From an uncultured Acidobacteriota bacterium (lineage in GTDB: Bacteria; Acidobacteriota; UBA6911), in assembly GCA_963761825.1 (NCBI GenBank), contig CAVXIH010000005.1, positions 160,303 to 224,302 on the forward strand: a stretch of 64,000 nucleotides of DNA. Direction: 5' to 3'. Position numbers and translations under genes: made by a program. This document shows, piece after piece, positions 39,221 through 48,392 of the stretch. Every line of letters begins with the position of its first letter. Position 1 is the first letter of the stretch. The notes beneath the pieces were generated by a model. It was given only the letters and a program-made list of their open reading frames with translations. It searched no databases and had not been told where the DNA came from.

Positions 39221-41035
39221 TCACGCTGTCCGCGTCTTAGATGTAGCCAGGTTCATTTTGCACAAAAGTTTCGCAAACCGCGGGTCCTGCCGCAGAGGGT
39301 CGAAATGCGCATAACTCAGGATGGGCATCATCATCTGATCGCGCTCCTCGACAGCCCGGTCAAACCACTCGAAGGCTGCGTCGATTTCCCCAAGCCCGAG
39401 GTGCACATGGGCAAAGCTTGAAGGAAGCACGTATTGATCGGCCTGTCGCAACTTCTTCAGCACTTCACGGGCCTGTTTCTTCCTGCCGCAAATTCCCAGT
39501 GCCAGGCCGAGCCATCCGAGAAAGAAGTTAATTCCGGGAGCAAGTTCGATTGCCTTTAGGTGCCCACGAATAGCTTCCTCGGCAAAATCCGGTCTCCCCT
39601 GAACCTCAATCGCGCTTTGACCATCCGCGACATACCTGTCGTAGTACTTCTGTCGATATGCAATCCCGATGGTGTAGTGCGGCCAGCACGATGTCGGCTC
39701 CAATTCGAGAAAGCGCTGTGATTCGTCGATTGCGCGATCGTATTCGCGTCCCATGAGCAGCATGAGTCCAACCCAGGTGCGGACAGCGCCTGAAAGCGGG
39801 TCCAACTCTAGAGCGCGCTCGATTTCCCAGATGGCTTCGGGTATGCGGTTCTGCGGCATCAACAGCCCGACCGCATGCTGACTCCTTACGGAAGGGGAAG
39901 CGGGATCGAGATCCAGTGCTTTCTGAAATTCCTTTTCGGCGGCCGGCCAGTTATAGTCCCGCTGCTTGTGGTATACGGCGAGCAGGGCATGCCCTTCGGC
40001 CAGCGTGTCATCGATTTCGACGGCGCGGAGCGCGCTGGGAAATCCCTTTGCATACGCGTCCTTCGGGCGCATATATCCGACATATCCCAGCGTGGAGTAT
40101 AGCTCGGCCAGCGCGCAGTGCGCTAACGCGAACTCAGGGTCAGACTCAATCGCATCTTCAAAGTGTTTTTTCGCCCTGGCTATCGATTCTGGAGTCAGTC
40201 TGCCGAGCAGGTAACGGCCTTGAATGTATTCATTGAAGGCAGCAAGGTGCTCGGTCGGATTTCTCCTGCTTTGAACCCAGGGAAACCGGTTTTGGGCTTC
40301 CCGGGCGACGGCGGCGGAGTCTATATTGGCGGCGATCGCCGCCGCAATTCGGGTCCGCATTTCGAAGAGATGCTTGATGGCAACTTCATATCTGTGTGCA
40401 AAAAGGTGCGTCTGGTCCTCAGCCCGGACCAGCTGAACGGTGATGGAAAAATTGTCTCCTTCGCGGCGGACACTGCCTTCGACCACGTAATTAATCTTCA
40501 GTTCGTGCGCGATCTGCGCAACGTCCATGTGGGAAGATTTGTAATGCATAGCCGTCGTTCGCGCGATGACGCCGAGGCTCTCGGGTGCCAGGGTGGCGAT
40601 TTGCGTGATGATTTCTTCGGTTACTGCATCGCTGATGTACTCCTGCCCGGGATCGCCACTGAGATTCAGAAAAGGCAATACCACCAACCTGACTTTCGGG
40701 GGCGCCGCCGGCATGGTTTCACTGACCTTCGCCAAGAAACGATAGCCGTGCTTGTGCAGGGTCTCTACATAACGCGGTCGTTCCGCCGAATCGCCTAGAG
40801 CCTCGCGCAACCTGGCTACAGCGGCGTTCAGGTTGTTGTCAAAGTCAACAAACACGTCATCCGGCCAGAGACGTCGGCGCAGCTCTTCCCTCGTGACGAC
40901 CTCTCCCGGACATTCAAGAAGCGAGAGGAGCACTCGGAAAGGTTTTTCGCGGAGGCTGATCTTCACACCCTGCCTGCTGAGCTGACCGGATGAAGGATCA
41001 ACCTCATAAATGTCGAAATGAAGGCGTTTATGCAT
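39221..41035 (-). CDS. Winged-helix (OmpR/PhoB-type trans_reg_C) DNA-binding regulator with a C-terminal TPR array (CadC/SARP-like architecture).
   Basis: N-terminal YRF (HGYRFLAKV) wHTH signature. Multiple TPR-like repeats (AIELAPGINFFLGWLGLALGICGRKKQAREVL...). Confidence 0.7.
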   Translation of the reverse strand: MHKRLHFDIYEVDPSSGQLSRQGVKISLREKPFRVLLSLLECPGEVVTREELRRRLWPDDVFVDFDNNLNAAVARLREALGDSAERPRYVETLHKHGYRFLAKVSETMPAAPPKVRLVVLPFLNLSGDPGQEYISDAVTEEIITQIATLAPESLGVIARTTAMHYKSSHMDVAQIAHELKINYVVEGSVRREGDNFSITVQLVRAEDQTHLFAHRYEVAIKHLFEMRTRIAAAIAANIDSAAVAREAQNRFPWVQSRRNPTEHLAAFNEYIQGRYLLGRLTPESIARAKKHFEDAIESDPEFALAHCALAELYSTLGYVGYMRPKDAYAKGFPSALRAVEIDDTLAEGHALLAVYHKQRDYNWPAAEKEFQKALDLDPASPSVRSQHAVGLLMPQNRIPEAIWEIERALELDPLSGAVRTWVGLMLLMGREYDRAIDESQRFLELEPTSCWPHYTIGIAYRQKYYDRYVADGQSAIEVQGRPDFAEEAIRGHLKAIELAPGINFFLGWLGLALGICGRKKQAREVLKKLRQADQYVLPSSFAHVHLGLGEIDAAFEWFDRAVEERDQMMMPILSYAHFDPLRQDPRFAKLLCKMNLATSKTRTA

Positions 41036-41221
41036 TTTAGTCCCCCCGCAAGTGCGCAGCCGGACTGTCGATACAGCCTTGTTCGGATATTCAGTATCCC
41101 CAAGTTTAGCAGCTTTTCGCCTTCACCGGAAAATAAGAATTAAGAAAATATTAATACTTTGTCTATTTGTTTACATGCGTCTTCTGCAGACAATACGCAC
41201 AAAGCTTTTCAGGAGGATACT

Positions 41222-42118
41222 ATGAAATCCAGAATGATTGCCGGAGCAGCTATACTGCTTCTGGTTTGCTGTTGTTTTGTGATCCCTGCGGCGCAGGCGC
41301 AGGAGAAATGCAGTATGAAGACATTCGCAGGAACCTATGCGTTTTATGACAAGGGATCCAGTCTGATTCTGAACCCGTCCGTAGAGCCATTCCCGCTTCA
41401 TGTCGCAGGCGCGATGGCTTCCTTCATTGCTGTCGGCCAAGTCACGATTACGGCTGAAGGTGCCGGGAGCGGCTATTACTGGATCAGGGCCGGCACTCTG
41501 AATTCGGGGCCTGTCCCGGTTTCCCTGCAGACTACGGTCACCGAAATGAACGAGGATTGCACGGGGAAATTTCAGTACTTTTTCAGCCTGCCCGGAGTTC
41601 CTGGGGCGACCCTGATCGAGGAGCGTTTTGTCTTGTTTGACAACGGCCGCGAGTACCGCAGCATCCCCAGTTTCATTGATGAGAATGGCTTGCCCACCCT
41701 GGCATGGACCGGAGTCGGCCACCGCATCCGAAAGTCCGATGAGCCTATGATTTCCTGCGGCCCGCAGACAGCTCAGGGGGCTTACCTGGTCAGCGCCGAA
41801 AACATCGTTACTCCCACCCCCGACTTGGGATTCGCAGACACCGTCCTGTTGAACGCACATGTCTCTAAAACAGGCGCGTATACGGGCACACTCTACGAAA
41901 AATACGGGCCCTACACGGTGGAACTGCCAGCCTCGGGGAGTGTGAATGTGAAACCCGACTGCTCCTTCTCATCGACCCTCAATATTGTTATTGAAGGCGT
42001 TCCGGTCACAGTAGATACAAGCGGCGTCTATTTCGAGCCGGGTAAAAAGTATTACGGAATGCTCACCAATGAAGGGTTCGCACACGGGTTTGTCGAGGGA
42101 ACTCGAACCGGTCCATAG
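41222..42118 (+). CDS. Secreted hypothetical protein, transcribed divergently from the wHTH-TPR regulator.
   Basis: Signal peptide MKSRMIAGAAILLLVCCCFVIPAAQAQE. No recognisable domain. Confidence 0.45.
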   Translation: MKSRMIAGAAILLLVCCCFVIPAAQAQEKCSMKTFAGTYAFYDKGSSLILNPSVEPFPLHVAGAMASFIAVGQVTITAEGAGSGYYWIRAGTLNSGPVPVSLQTTVTEMNEDCTGKFQYFFSLPGVPGATLIEERFVLFDNGREYRSIPSFIDENGLPTLAWTGVGHRIRKSDEPMISCGPQTAQGAYLVSAENIVTPTPDLGFADTVLLNAHVSKTGAYTGTLYEKYGPYTVELPASGSVNVKPDCSFSSTLNIVIEGVPVTVDTSGVYFEPGKKYYGMLTNEGFAHGFVEGTRTGP

Positions 42119-42502
42119 CCGAACTGAAATGCGTTGGCGGCAAAGTGGGGATAGCACAGGGGGCATCTTGCCTCCTTGTGCCTCTCCTGCATTGTGCCTA
42201 GAAGCCAAGAAACGGGTGGAGAGGATACAGACAATTGAAACGGTATATAATTACGTATCGTTCATTTATCCTATCTGCAGTATTCGGAAGTGGTTTAGGC
42301 GAAATTCTCAACTGACACCTATCTCACGCAATCCAGCCCCTCCAGTCTCCCAAAAGCCTCGTTAAGAGCAGCTGTTAAGAAACGCTTGTCCAATGTTTTG
42401 GCAGATTCTAATAGCATGCTGTATTTTTGTAGTGGAATTTCGCATTTTGAAAAAAGCATTCGAGAGATCTGAATTGTGGCCAGCAGATTAGATAAACTAG
42501 GG

Positions 42503-42565
42503 TTATCGGAAGCTAAAAATGCCAATATCTAAAGCGGGACGCAGATTATTCGGCCTATCCGCTAT
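42503..42565 (+). repeat. Copy A of a 62-63 bp direct repeat (about 85% identical to copy B), 250 bp upstream of the terB-like gene.
   Basis: ttatcggaagctaaaa-atgccaatatcta-aagcgggacgcagattattcggcctatccgctat. Contains an internal inverted repeat: agcggga...tcccgct-like / gcgggac..cctatccgc. Confidence 0.7.
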
Positions 42566-42814
42566 TGGTGTATTGAGGGGCATTGGTGTAGGGTGTTCAT
42601 GTGTCCCGAGCTTCTTTCTGAAGCATTCTTGCTTTCCCGGGAGCGTTGCCGGGTCGTCGACGTCGATATGTGATGTTTGTCTTCAGGGAGCATGCGGAGT
42701 TGCTTCGATAGTAAAAGGCTGAAATGATTTACTGGCATGATATGCTGGTGTCAGAAGCTGAAGGGGCCAATACGAGTATAGAATGGGCTCCAAATCCAGC
42801 ATGGGAGATGGATT

Positions 42815-43381
42815 ATGACTTCTGCGTTTTTAGGAAAGCAAAACCGGTCGCTAGAGGATATGTTTTTTTACGAGCAGGATCGCCGCAATATCGAGCAGCG
42901 TAAAAAGCTGCAGAAGATGCAGGAAACCAAGGAGAATCTTGCCAAGATTTCGGGCATTCAAGACGAATCGGTTCTTGAAAAATTGGTTGCTCTGGATATA
43001 CGACCCGAAACGTTAGCCACGCTGATTGGCATTCCTCTTATCGAGATCGCCTGGGCCGATGGCAGGATGGATGAAAAGGAACGGAAAAAGCTGTTTGAGT
43101 ATGCCGAGAAATCCGGCTTGAGACAGAAGGGCCTGGATCCCAAAATCATGTCTGCCTGGCTTAAAACCAAGCCTGACCCGGCATTATTAGATGCGTGGAC
43201 CCAATACATGAAAACCCTTTCCGAACAGCTAACCGATGCCGAGCGGAAATCCTTCCGGGAGGAACTCATGGCCGATGCCCGATCCATTGCAGAGGCCGCG
43301 GGTGGCATCCTGGGATACGGCACGATTTCTGCCGAAGAGCAGGCTATGCTCAAAAAACTGGAATCGGCCTTCCAAGCCTAA
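42815..43381 (+). CDS. TerB-family (tellurite-resistance TerB / DjlA-N-like) protein.
   Basis: IEIAWADGRMDEKERKKL and a second helix pair LTDAERKSFREELMADARSIAEAAGG, typical of the TerB fold. Followed by a hairpin terminator aagggatgct...agcatccctt at 43398-43440. Confidence 0.55.
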   Translation: MTSAFLGKQNRSLEDMFFYEQDRRNIEQRKKLQKMQETKENLAKISGIQDESVLEKLVALDIRPETLATLIGIPLIEIAWADGRMDEKERKKLFEYAEKSGLRQKGLDPKIMSAWLKTKPDPALLDAWTQYMKTLSEQLTDAERKSFREELMADARSIAEAAGGILGYGTISAEEQAMLKKLESAFQA

Positions 43382-43575
43382 CCGCATTACCGGATTCCAT
43401 AAGGGATGCTCTGTTAAAATGCCTAAATAAAGCATCCCTTATTCGGGAAGAAACAAATCGAACTGCGTCTGCGATACGGAAAAGGTGTGCCCAAAAAGCA
43501 ATCCTCTATGCAAGGTTCGCGCAGTGAAATTCGCGTGCCGCCAAAACGCAACCCCCAGGGTCGACAGAATGCTTA

Positions 43576-43637
43576 TTATCGGAGGCTAAAACCAAGATTT
43601 CCAAAGCGGGATGCAGATTATTCGGCCTATCCGCTAT
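43576..43637 (+). repeat. Copy B of the 62-63 bp direct repeat, 195 bp downstream of the terB-like gene.
   Basis: ttatcggaggctaaaa-ccaagatttcca-aagcgggatgcagattattcggcctatccgctat. Confidence 0.7.
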
Positions 43638-43850
43638 AACGAAGGACAGGGCTGGACGCGGTTTTTGCATCCAGTCCCGTGTGCTGAGGATGTCCCCTCA
43701 GATACATTACAAAGACATACACTTCAGAAGACGCAAGATTTCCAAAGCCTTCATGGGCAATGGTTGATAGATCCCTATCCTTTTTTCTGCCCAAGAATAC
43801 ATAACGCATCTTCACATTCGTGATAGGCCGGCATGCGAAGGGGCTTCTTA

Positions 43851-45577
43851 TCAAGTTTGATCTCCGTTCTTGGGTACCCACTTGTCCACTGACGCAGTCT
43901 TGTAATAGACATAATCGGTCGTTTGAAAAATGGGATTGGTCTCACCGCCCACGACAACGAAATTAATGCCTTCGGGCTTGAGAAAAGGGGATCTTGATTT
44001 TTCAGCCAGCGATTTGCTCAGCGCGTCCGGATCACTCCATCCTTCGGCTTTCAAGGATTTCGCTGCCAGCGGGTCCATCACGAAAGTATAGGTGCCCATC
44101 GAATCAAATGTTTTGATTCTCTGCCGCAATCCGTCCGCAGTACCCGATCCCCAGTGTCATGACGTTCCAGCCGCGAAAGATGCTGACCGTACTCTCGGAG
44201 GCTTTGAATCCCTTGCGCACATGAAACGGTTTCCAGGGGCTTTTCCCCTCGTTTTCGGCGCAGCATTGGTTGGTAAAACTCAAACCGTTGCCAATAGTCG
44301 CCATAAAGGTGTCACCCGCTCGTGCGTCGCCAAAGTTAATGCTCAAAAGAGTCCAGGCTCTGCCGATGACGGAATTGGCATAATTGAACGGTCCGAGCGC
44401 GGCGACGCCGCTGTTCATTCCGATTGTTTTGGCGACCGGACCGTTCACCACCACCATGCTCCCATAGGATCCAGTAGAGCTGGGCATGGCAGGGATCTGC
44501 GTCGAAGCGATTGCCAGGATGACCGGCAGGTGTTCGGGTCTGGCGCCGGCCATAACAGCGTTTACAGCCACCCTTTCCACCGTGTATTCCTTCATTTCCT
44601 CATGGGTGGTGACGGACATCTTGCCAACCACCTCCTGGGGATCGTGGTCGGTTCCCGTAAGCATTTCAGCGACTCTTTCATCCGTCGGCAGCACAATGGG
44701 CAGACCATCGGTCCAACCGTTCCTCAGGAACTGCTGATGGAGATTTGCCTCAGTATCCGGCTCCAGCATGCGCGGCCTTTTGGGCCTTCTGGGGTATTTC
44801 TGGATTCTTCTCAGCCTCGGTTAATGGTTTGGTCAGCGCATCGACTATTTCCGTCGTTAACTTCACACCGGTTACGGGATCGTTCCCTTGAATATATTGA
44901 CGCAGGGTTTCCCTGGAAACCCACCCAACGGGATAGGGAGGGAAAGACCAGCGCAGGTTCATTCCATGCGAGCGACCATCCCGAATGACATATTCCGCAA
45001 ATCGCGCGGTAACAATGGGGGCTGCGGGCACACCATACTCACCTTCCATGGTTCGGGCAAATTCGGCGAGACTCGCCGAACAGCCGTCTCAACCACCAAC
45101 GCCGAAGACTACAGCATTCGCTTTTTTCTTGATCTCCGCCCAGAGTTCAGGACTGTCCGAAAACGGAGTGCCGCTCTTGGTACGCAACACTGTTTTGACG
45201 GATGGCATATTTTTGGCGAACCACGCCTGCAGTTCTTCAAGGAACTCTTTGCCGCCGGCGAAACCTACATCCACCAGGTAGATCGTCTTATTATCCAGGC
45301 TATCCAGCCTGGGAGCCATCCGGAGGGGAACCAGTTCATCACGGGAAATAGTGGGGTGTGTATCGGGATTAAAAATTGCCATCATGTGCGAGTCCGGCGC
45401 GCCCCTCCGTCCAAATACTCCCGACGGTTGCCCTCGAGGGTCAAGCACCGTCATCTTTTTCCCTTCCGAATCGGCTGATCCAGCAAGGCGCTTGCAGCCA
45501 ATACAGGACGCCAAAATGATCGCAACGACGACAACCAAGCCCCAATTCAATCTAGTCTTAAAACAAGATGACCTCAT
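43851..45577 (-). CDS. Lipoprotein with an in-frame TGA (45089-45091) in a GVGG-U-DGC context. Candidate UxxC selenoprotein. Also carries two 1-nt frameshifts (near 44760 and 44120).
   Basis: ORFs 45089-45613 and 44750-45049 share a frame and are separated only by the TGA. Signal/lipobox VVVVAIILASCIGC. A perfect 8-bp hairpin uucggcga-guc-ucgccgaa begins 10 nt 3' of the UGA. Pieces 44104-44769 and 43851-44129 continue the protein in shifted frames. Confidence 0.45.
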
Positions 45578-45648
45578 ATTCTCCTCTGCTGGTCGCTGAC
45601 AAAAGTGGAACATAGACTAGATATAACGCTATCGCAACAGGGGGTTTG

Positions 45649-46566
45649 TCAAGGCAAAACAGGGAATGCTGTTGGGTGAATTCCGTCTCCCTTCAGTCGA
45701 TCATGCAGGGATTCGATAATCTCTCCGGCATCAGCATTGATAGATAAAGATTTGGATCTGATCCCGAGCGGAATTTCGGGCCGGGCGGTGTTGGCGAAGT
45801 TTCGATAATCGCTGTTGATTCGAAAGAATGAAACATCCTTGTGGACATTCACCAAGCGCTCAAAGGGCCAGCGGATGACCCCCGGCGTATTAAATCCCAC
45901 GCCAATTTCGATCACCACCAGGTTTTTGTCCTGTACCCCATCCAGCCAACGCCGATAATTTGCAGCCTGGTGTGCGTATTCTTCCCGGGCCCTAAAGGCG
46001 ACAAACAGCGGCGCCCCGCAATAGGGACAAGTGGGCAGAGCCGCAGGATCGGCTACTTGTAAGGTTTCGTAGTCGATATGAGCCAGGATCCGATCGATAA
46101 AGGGTTTCGTATCCCAGGTCTCCGGGGTGCATGACATCGTGCACGTCAAACGTTCGTAATTACCCTGGGCCTGAAATACCCGGTCAGCTTCGAAACCGCT
46201 CTTAATAAACAAACCATCAGCGTTGGAGGTGATGACATAAAAATCCTTATCCCGGATAATGGCATGGAGTTTGTGATAGAGCGGGCTTGGCGGAAATTTA
46301 TAAAATACATAGTTTAGGTGGGTTGCCCAGTAAGCCCATTTCGCCGGTTCCTCCCAATCGTGAACCCCGACGAATTCATACTGCATACGATAACCTCGCT
46401 CTGCCCATTTGGGGAAAATCTTGGCGAAAGTGACCGTATCGGTATAATCGATGCCTGCGGCAGCCGACAGTCCGGCTCCAGCGCCAATTAACACCCGTTC
46501 ACTTCTGTAAATCGCCCGGGCGAGTGCATCAATCGTTTCAGCGCTGGAATGCCTGGAGATATCCAT
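45649..46566 (-). CDS. Sirtuin-fold (SIR2 family) protein with the catalytic His replaced by Gln. Candidate macrodomain-linked ADP-ribosylating sirtuin (SirTM-like).
   Basis: GAGAGLSAAAGIDY (GAGxS NAD motif), ITSNADGLF (TQNIDxL equivalent), VFQAQGNY in place of the HG motif, Zn ribbon CTMSC...CPYCG, VVIEIGVGFNTPGV. Confidence 0.65.
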   Translation of the reverse strand: MDISRHSSAETIDALARAIYRSERVLIGAGAGLSAAAGIDYTDTVTFAKIFPKWAERGYRMQYEFVGVHDWEEPAKWAYWATHLNYVFYKFPPSPLYHKLHAIIRDKDFYVITSNADGLFIKSGFEADRVFQAQGNYERLTCTMSCTPETWDTKPFIDRILAHIDYETLQVADPAALPTCPYCGAPLFVAFRAREEYAHQAANYRRWLDGVQDKNLVVIEIGVGFNTPGVIRWPFERLVNVHKDVSFFRINSDYRNFANTARPEIPLGIRSKSLSINADAGEIIESLHDRLKGDGIHPTAFPVLP

Positions 46567-47482
46567 CTAAATCCTCCTGAAGATAAACATTAAAGATGAT
46601 CCGTTCAAAATGATGGCGATTGTTACTGAGCCATTCAGTCACGGTCAAAATGGCGATCTCCATAGCCATCTCTCTGGGAAAATTGAAAACACCCGTGGAA
46701 ATACAAGGAAATGCCATAGTCCCAATATTGGGCAGCTGATCGGCCAGGGCAAGACAGCTGCGATAACACGACGCTAATTGGTGTCGCTGGAAATCACGTA
46801 CACCCTCATTGCCGATGATAGGCCCGACAGTATGCAGAACAAATTTCGATGGAAGGTTGTAGGCACGGGTAATTTTAGCATCACCGGTTTGTTCCCGGTG
46901 TTGCTGGATATCCATAATCGACTGGCAATCCTGGCGAAGCAGGGGGCCGGCAGCGGTGTGAATAACATTATCGATGCAGTTGTGCAGCGGTTGGAAGCAG
47001 CCCAGCAGTTGATCGTTAGCGGCATTGACGATTGCGTCGACCCGCAATCGTGAAATATCCCCTTTCCATAAAACAAGCCGATCCAAATTTTTCAGGCTGC
47101 GCGGCGGCACGCTATCAGAGACAACTGGCAGGTCGCGTCCGTCTACAATCTCACTGCAGTTTGTTTCATCCTGCAATAACCGATTAATATCATTAAGAAA
47201 GGTGCTATCCAGTGGCTGAGGTGGACGGATATTGAGCAACCCGTGCAACAACCGTCGCTGGCTTTCATAGGTTGCCGGAAGCCTTCCCATATCAGCCAGA
47301 TGCTCGCGGCGAATCAGCCGATCCAGTAAGCGGGTAACAATAGCGGCCTTTTCCTCCGCCGACAGCGGGCTTCCATATTCGTTTTGATAGGGCTCATCCA
47401 GTTTAATCTGTTGACGATACTGATCAAGTGCCAAACCTGGAACAATCCCGCCATTGCCCAAACCAGATGCCATCATTGTCAC
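46538..47482 (-). CDS. Macro domain (ADP-ribose binding/hydrolase) protein with a roughly 130-aa N-terminal extension. Overlaps the SIR2 gene by 29 nt.
   Basis: VDAIVNAANDQLLGC...NVIHTAAGPLL...ISTGVFNFP match the MacroD motifs (VDAIVNAAN / GGGV-like / FP). Confidence 0.7.
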   Translation of the reverse strand: MTMMASGLGNGGIVPGLALDQYRQQIKLDEPYQNEYGSPLSAEEKAAIVTRLLDRLIRREHLADMGRLPATYESQRRLLHGLLNIRPPQPLDSTFLNDINRLLQDETNCSEIVDGRDLPVVSDSVPPRSLKNLDRLVLWKGDISRLRVDAIVNAANDQLLGCFQPLHNCIDNVIHTAAGPLLRQDCQSIMDIQQHREQTGDAKITRAYNLPSKFVLHTVGPIIGNEGVRDFQRHQLASCYRSCLALADQLPNIGTMAFPCISTGVFNFPREMAMEIAILTVTEWLSNNRHHFERIIFNVYLQEDLDGYLQAFQR

Positions 47483-47759
47483 CCTTTAAAATTCAATAGT
47501 TAAAAGAAAAGTACCTGGAAACATGGGATCCCTATTCTGTTCTGCCTTGGCAAATATCTGTGTCCATACCCCCAAGATGTGCAGTAGAATCTTCAAGGCT
47601 TTGGGAATCAGTCGAAACAGCCATAGGGCGGTTCGACGATTTCGTAAGCTCCATCCTATCAGAAATTGGCTGTGCCGATTTTCAAAGCGTGAGGCAGATT
47701 GTTTCGCCTATCCACCGGAAATTCAAAGAATCAACATGAAACCATCCTAGGAGATATCT

Positions 47760-48236
47760 ATGGCTGAAATGCCCAAAATTGAGAACGTTAAGCGGGAACC
47801 GACTGTATATGAATTGAAACCCTGGAAATCAATTCACGACACCATTAAAAAGCCGATGGTCACCGGCTTGGGCCCAATGGAAATCCCGGAATCTGCCCTG
47901 GCGATGGGATTCGCTCATATCACTGAACCCGACGTACTGGGTAGCCCTACGCATATACACCCATTTGACCAATGGATTTACCTTATCGGAGCGGAAAGTT
48001 TTTCTGAGTTCGACGCTGATATCGAGTTTACCCTGGGCGAAGAGGTTCTGAAGATCAACTATCCCTGCTATATTTTTGTTCCCAAGGGTACGAAACATTG
48101 CCCTTTAAATATCAAGCGCGTCGGCAAGCCGTTTATCTTCATCGACGCCAGCATTACTCAAGAGGCATCCGTCCGTCCGGAAAAAATCGCGAGTGTCAAG
48201 CGACCTACGTACCAGGCGTTAAATAACAAAGAATAG
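47760..48236 (+). CDS. Small cupin-fold protein, hypothetical.
   Basis: THIHPFDQWIYLIG...YIFVPKGTKHCPLN resembles a cupin two-His motif arrangement. 158 aa intact. Confidence 0.4.
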   Translation: MAEMPKIENVKREPTVYELKPWKSIHDTIKKPMVTGLGPMEIPESALAMGFAHITEPDVLGSPTHIHPFDQWIYLIGAESFSEFDADIEFTLGEEVLKINYPCYIFVPKGTKHCPLNIKRVGKPFIFIDASITQEASVRPEKIASVKRPTYQALNNKE

Positions 48237-48237
48237 A

Positions 48238-48353
48238 TCAATCGGTATCGCTATCGGAATCGCTGTCGGTCTTCGGCTTTTCTTCTCGATGATCTAATTC
48301 AACCGCCGATCCCCGATAGCGATTGCGATACCGATTCCGATTCCGACCCCGAT
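48238..48353. repeat. Imperfect palindrome of (CGGTAT/CGGAAT)n and (GATACC/GATTCC)n units in a convergent intergenic region (cupin gene / acnA).
   Basis: aatcggtatcgctatcggaatcgctgtcggtcttcggc...gccgatccccgatagcgattgcgataccgattccgattccgaccccgatt. Confidence 0.7.
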
Positions 48354-48392
48354 TTTCATTCGGAGATTTTAGGAATAACGTGCTGCGCACAG

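Noticed and set aside
42519-42722. Small ORFs (67 and 70 aa) starting inside the two direct-repeat copies as a conserved peptide
   Set aside because: The two copies place the shared nucleotides in different reading frames (ACG versus ATG at the would-be start) and the downstream sequences are unrelated. The conservation is nucleotide-level, not protein-level.
47523-47750. 75-aa ORF upstream of the cupin gene
   Set aside because: It has no RBS-like context, and its composition is unlike the neighbouring genes. It is probably an intergenic promoter region.
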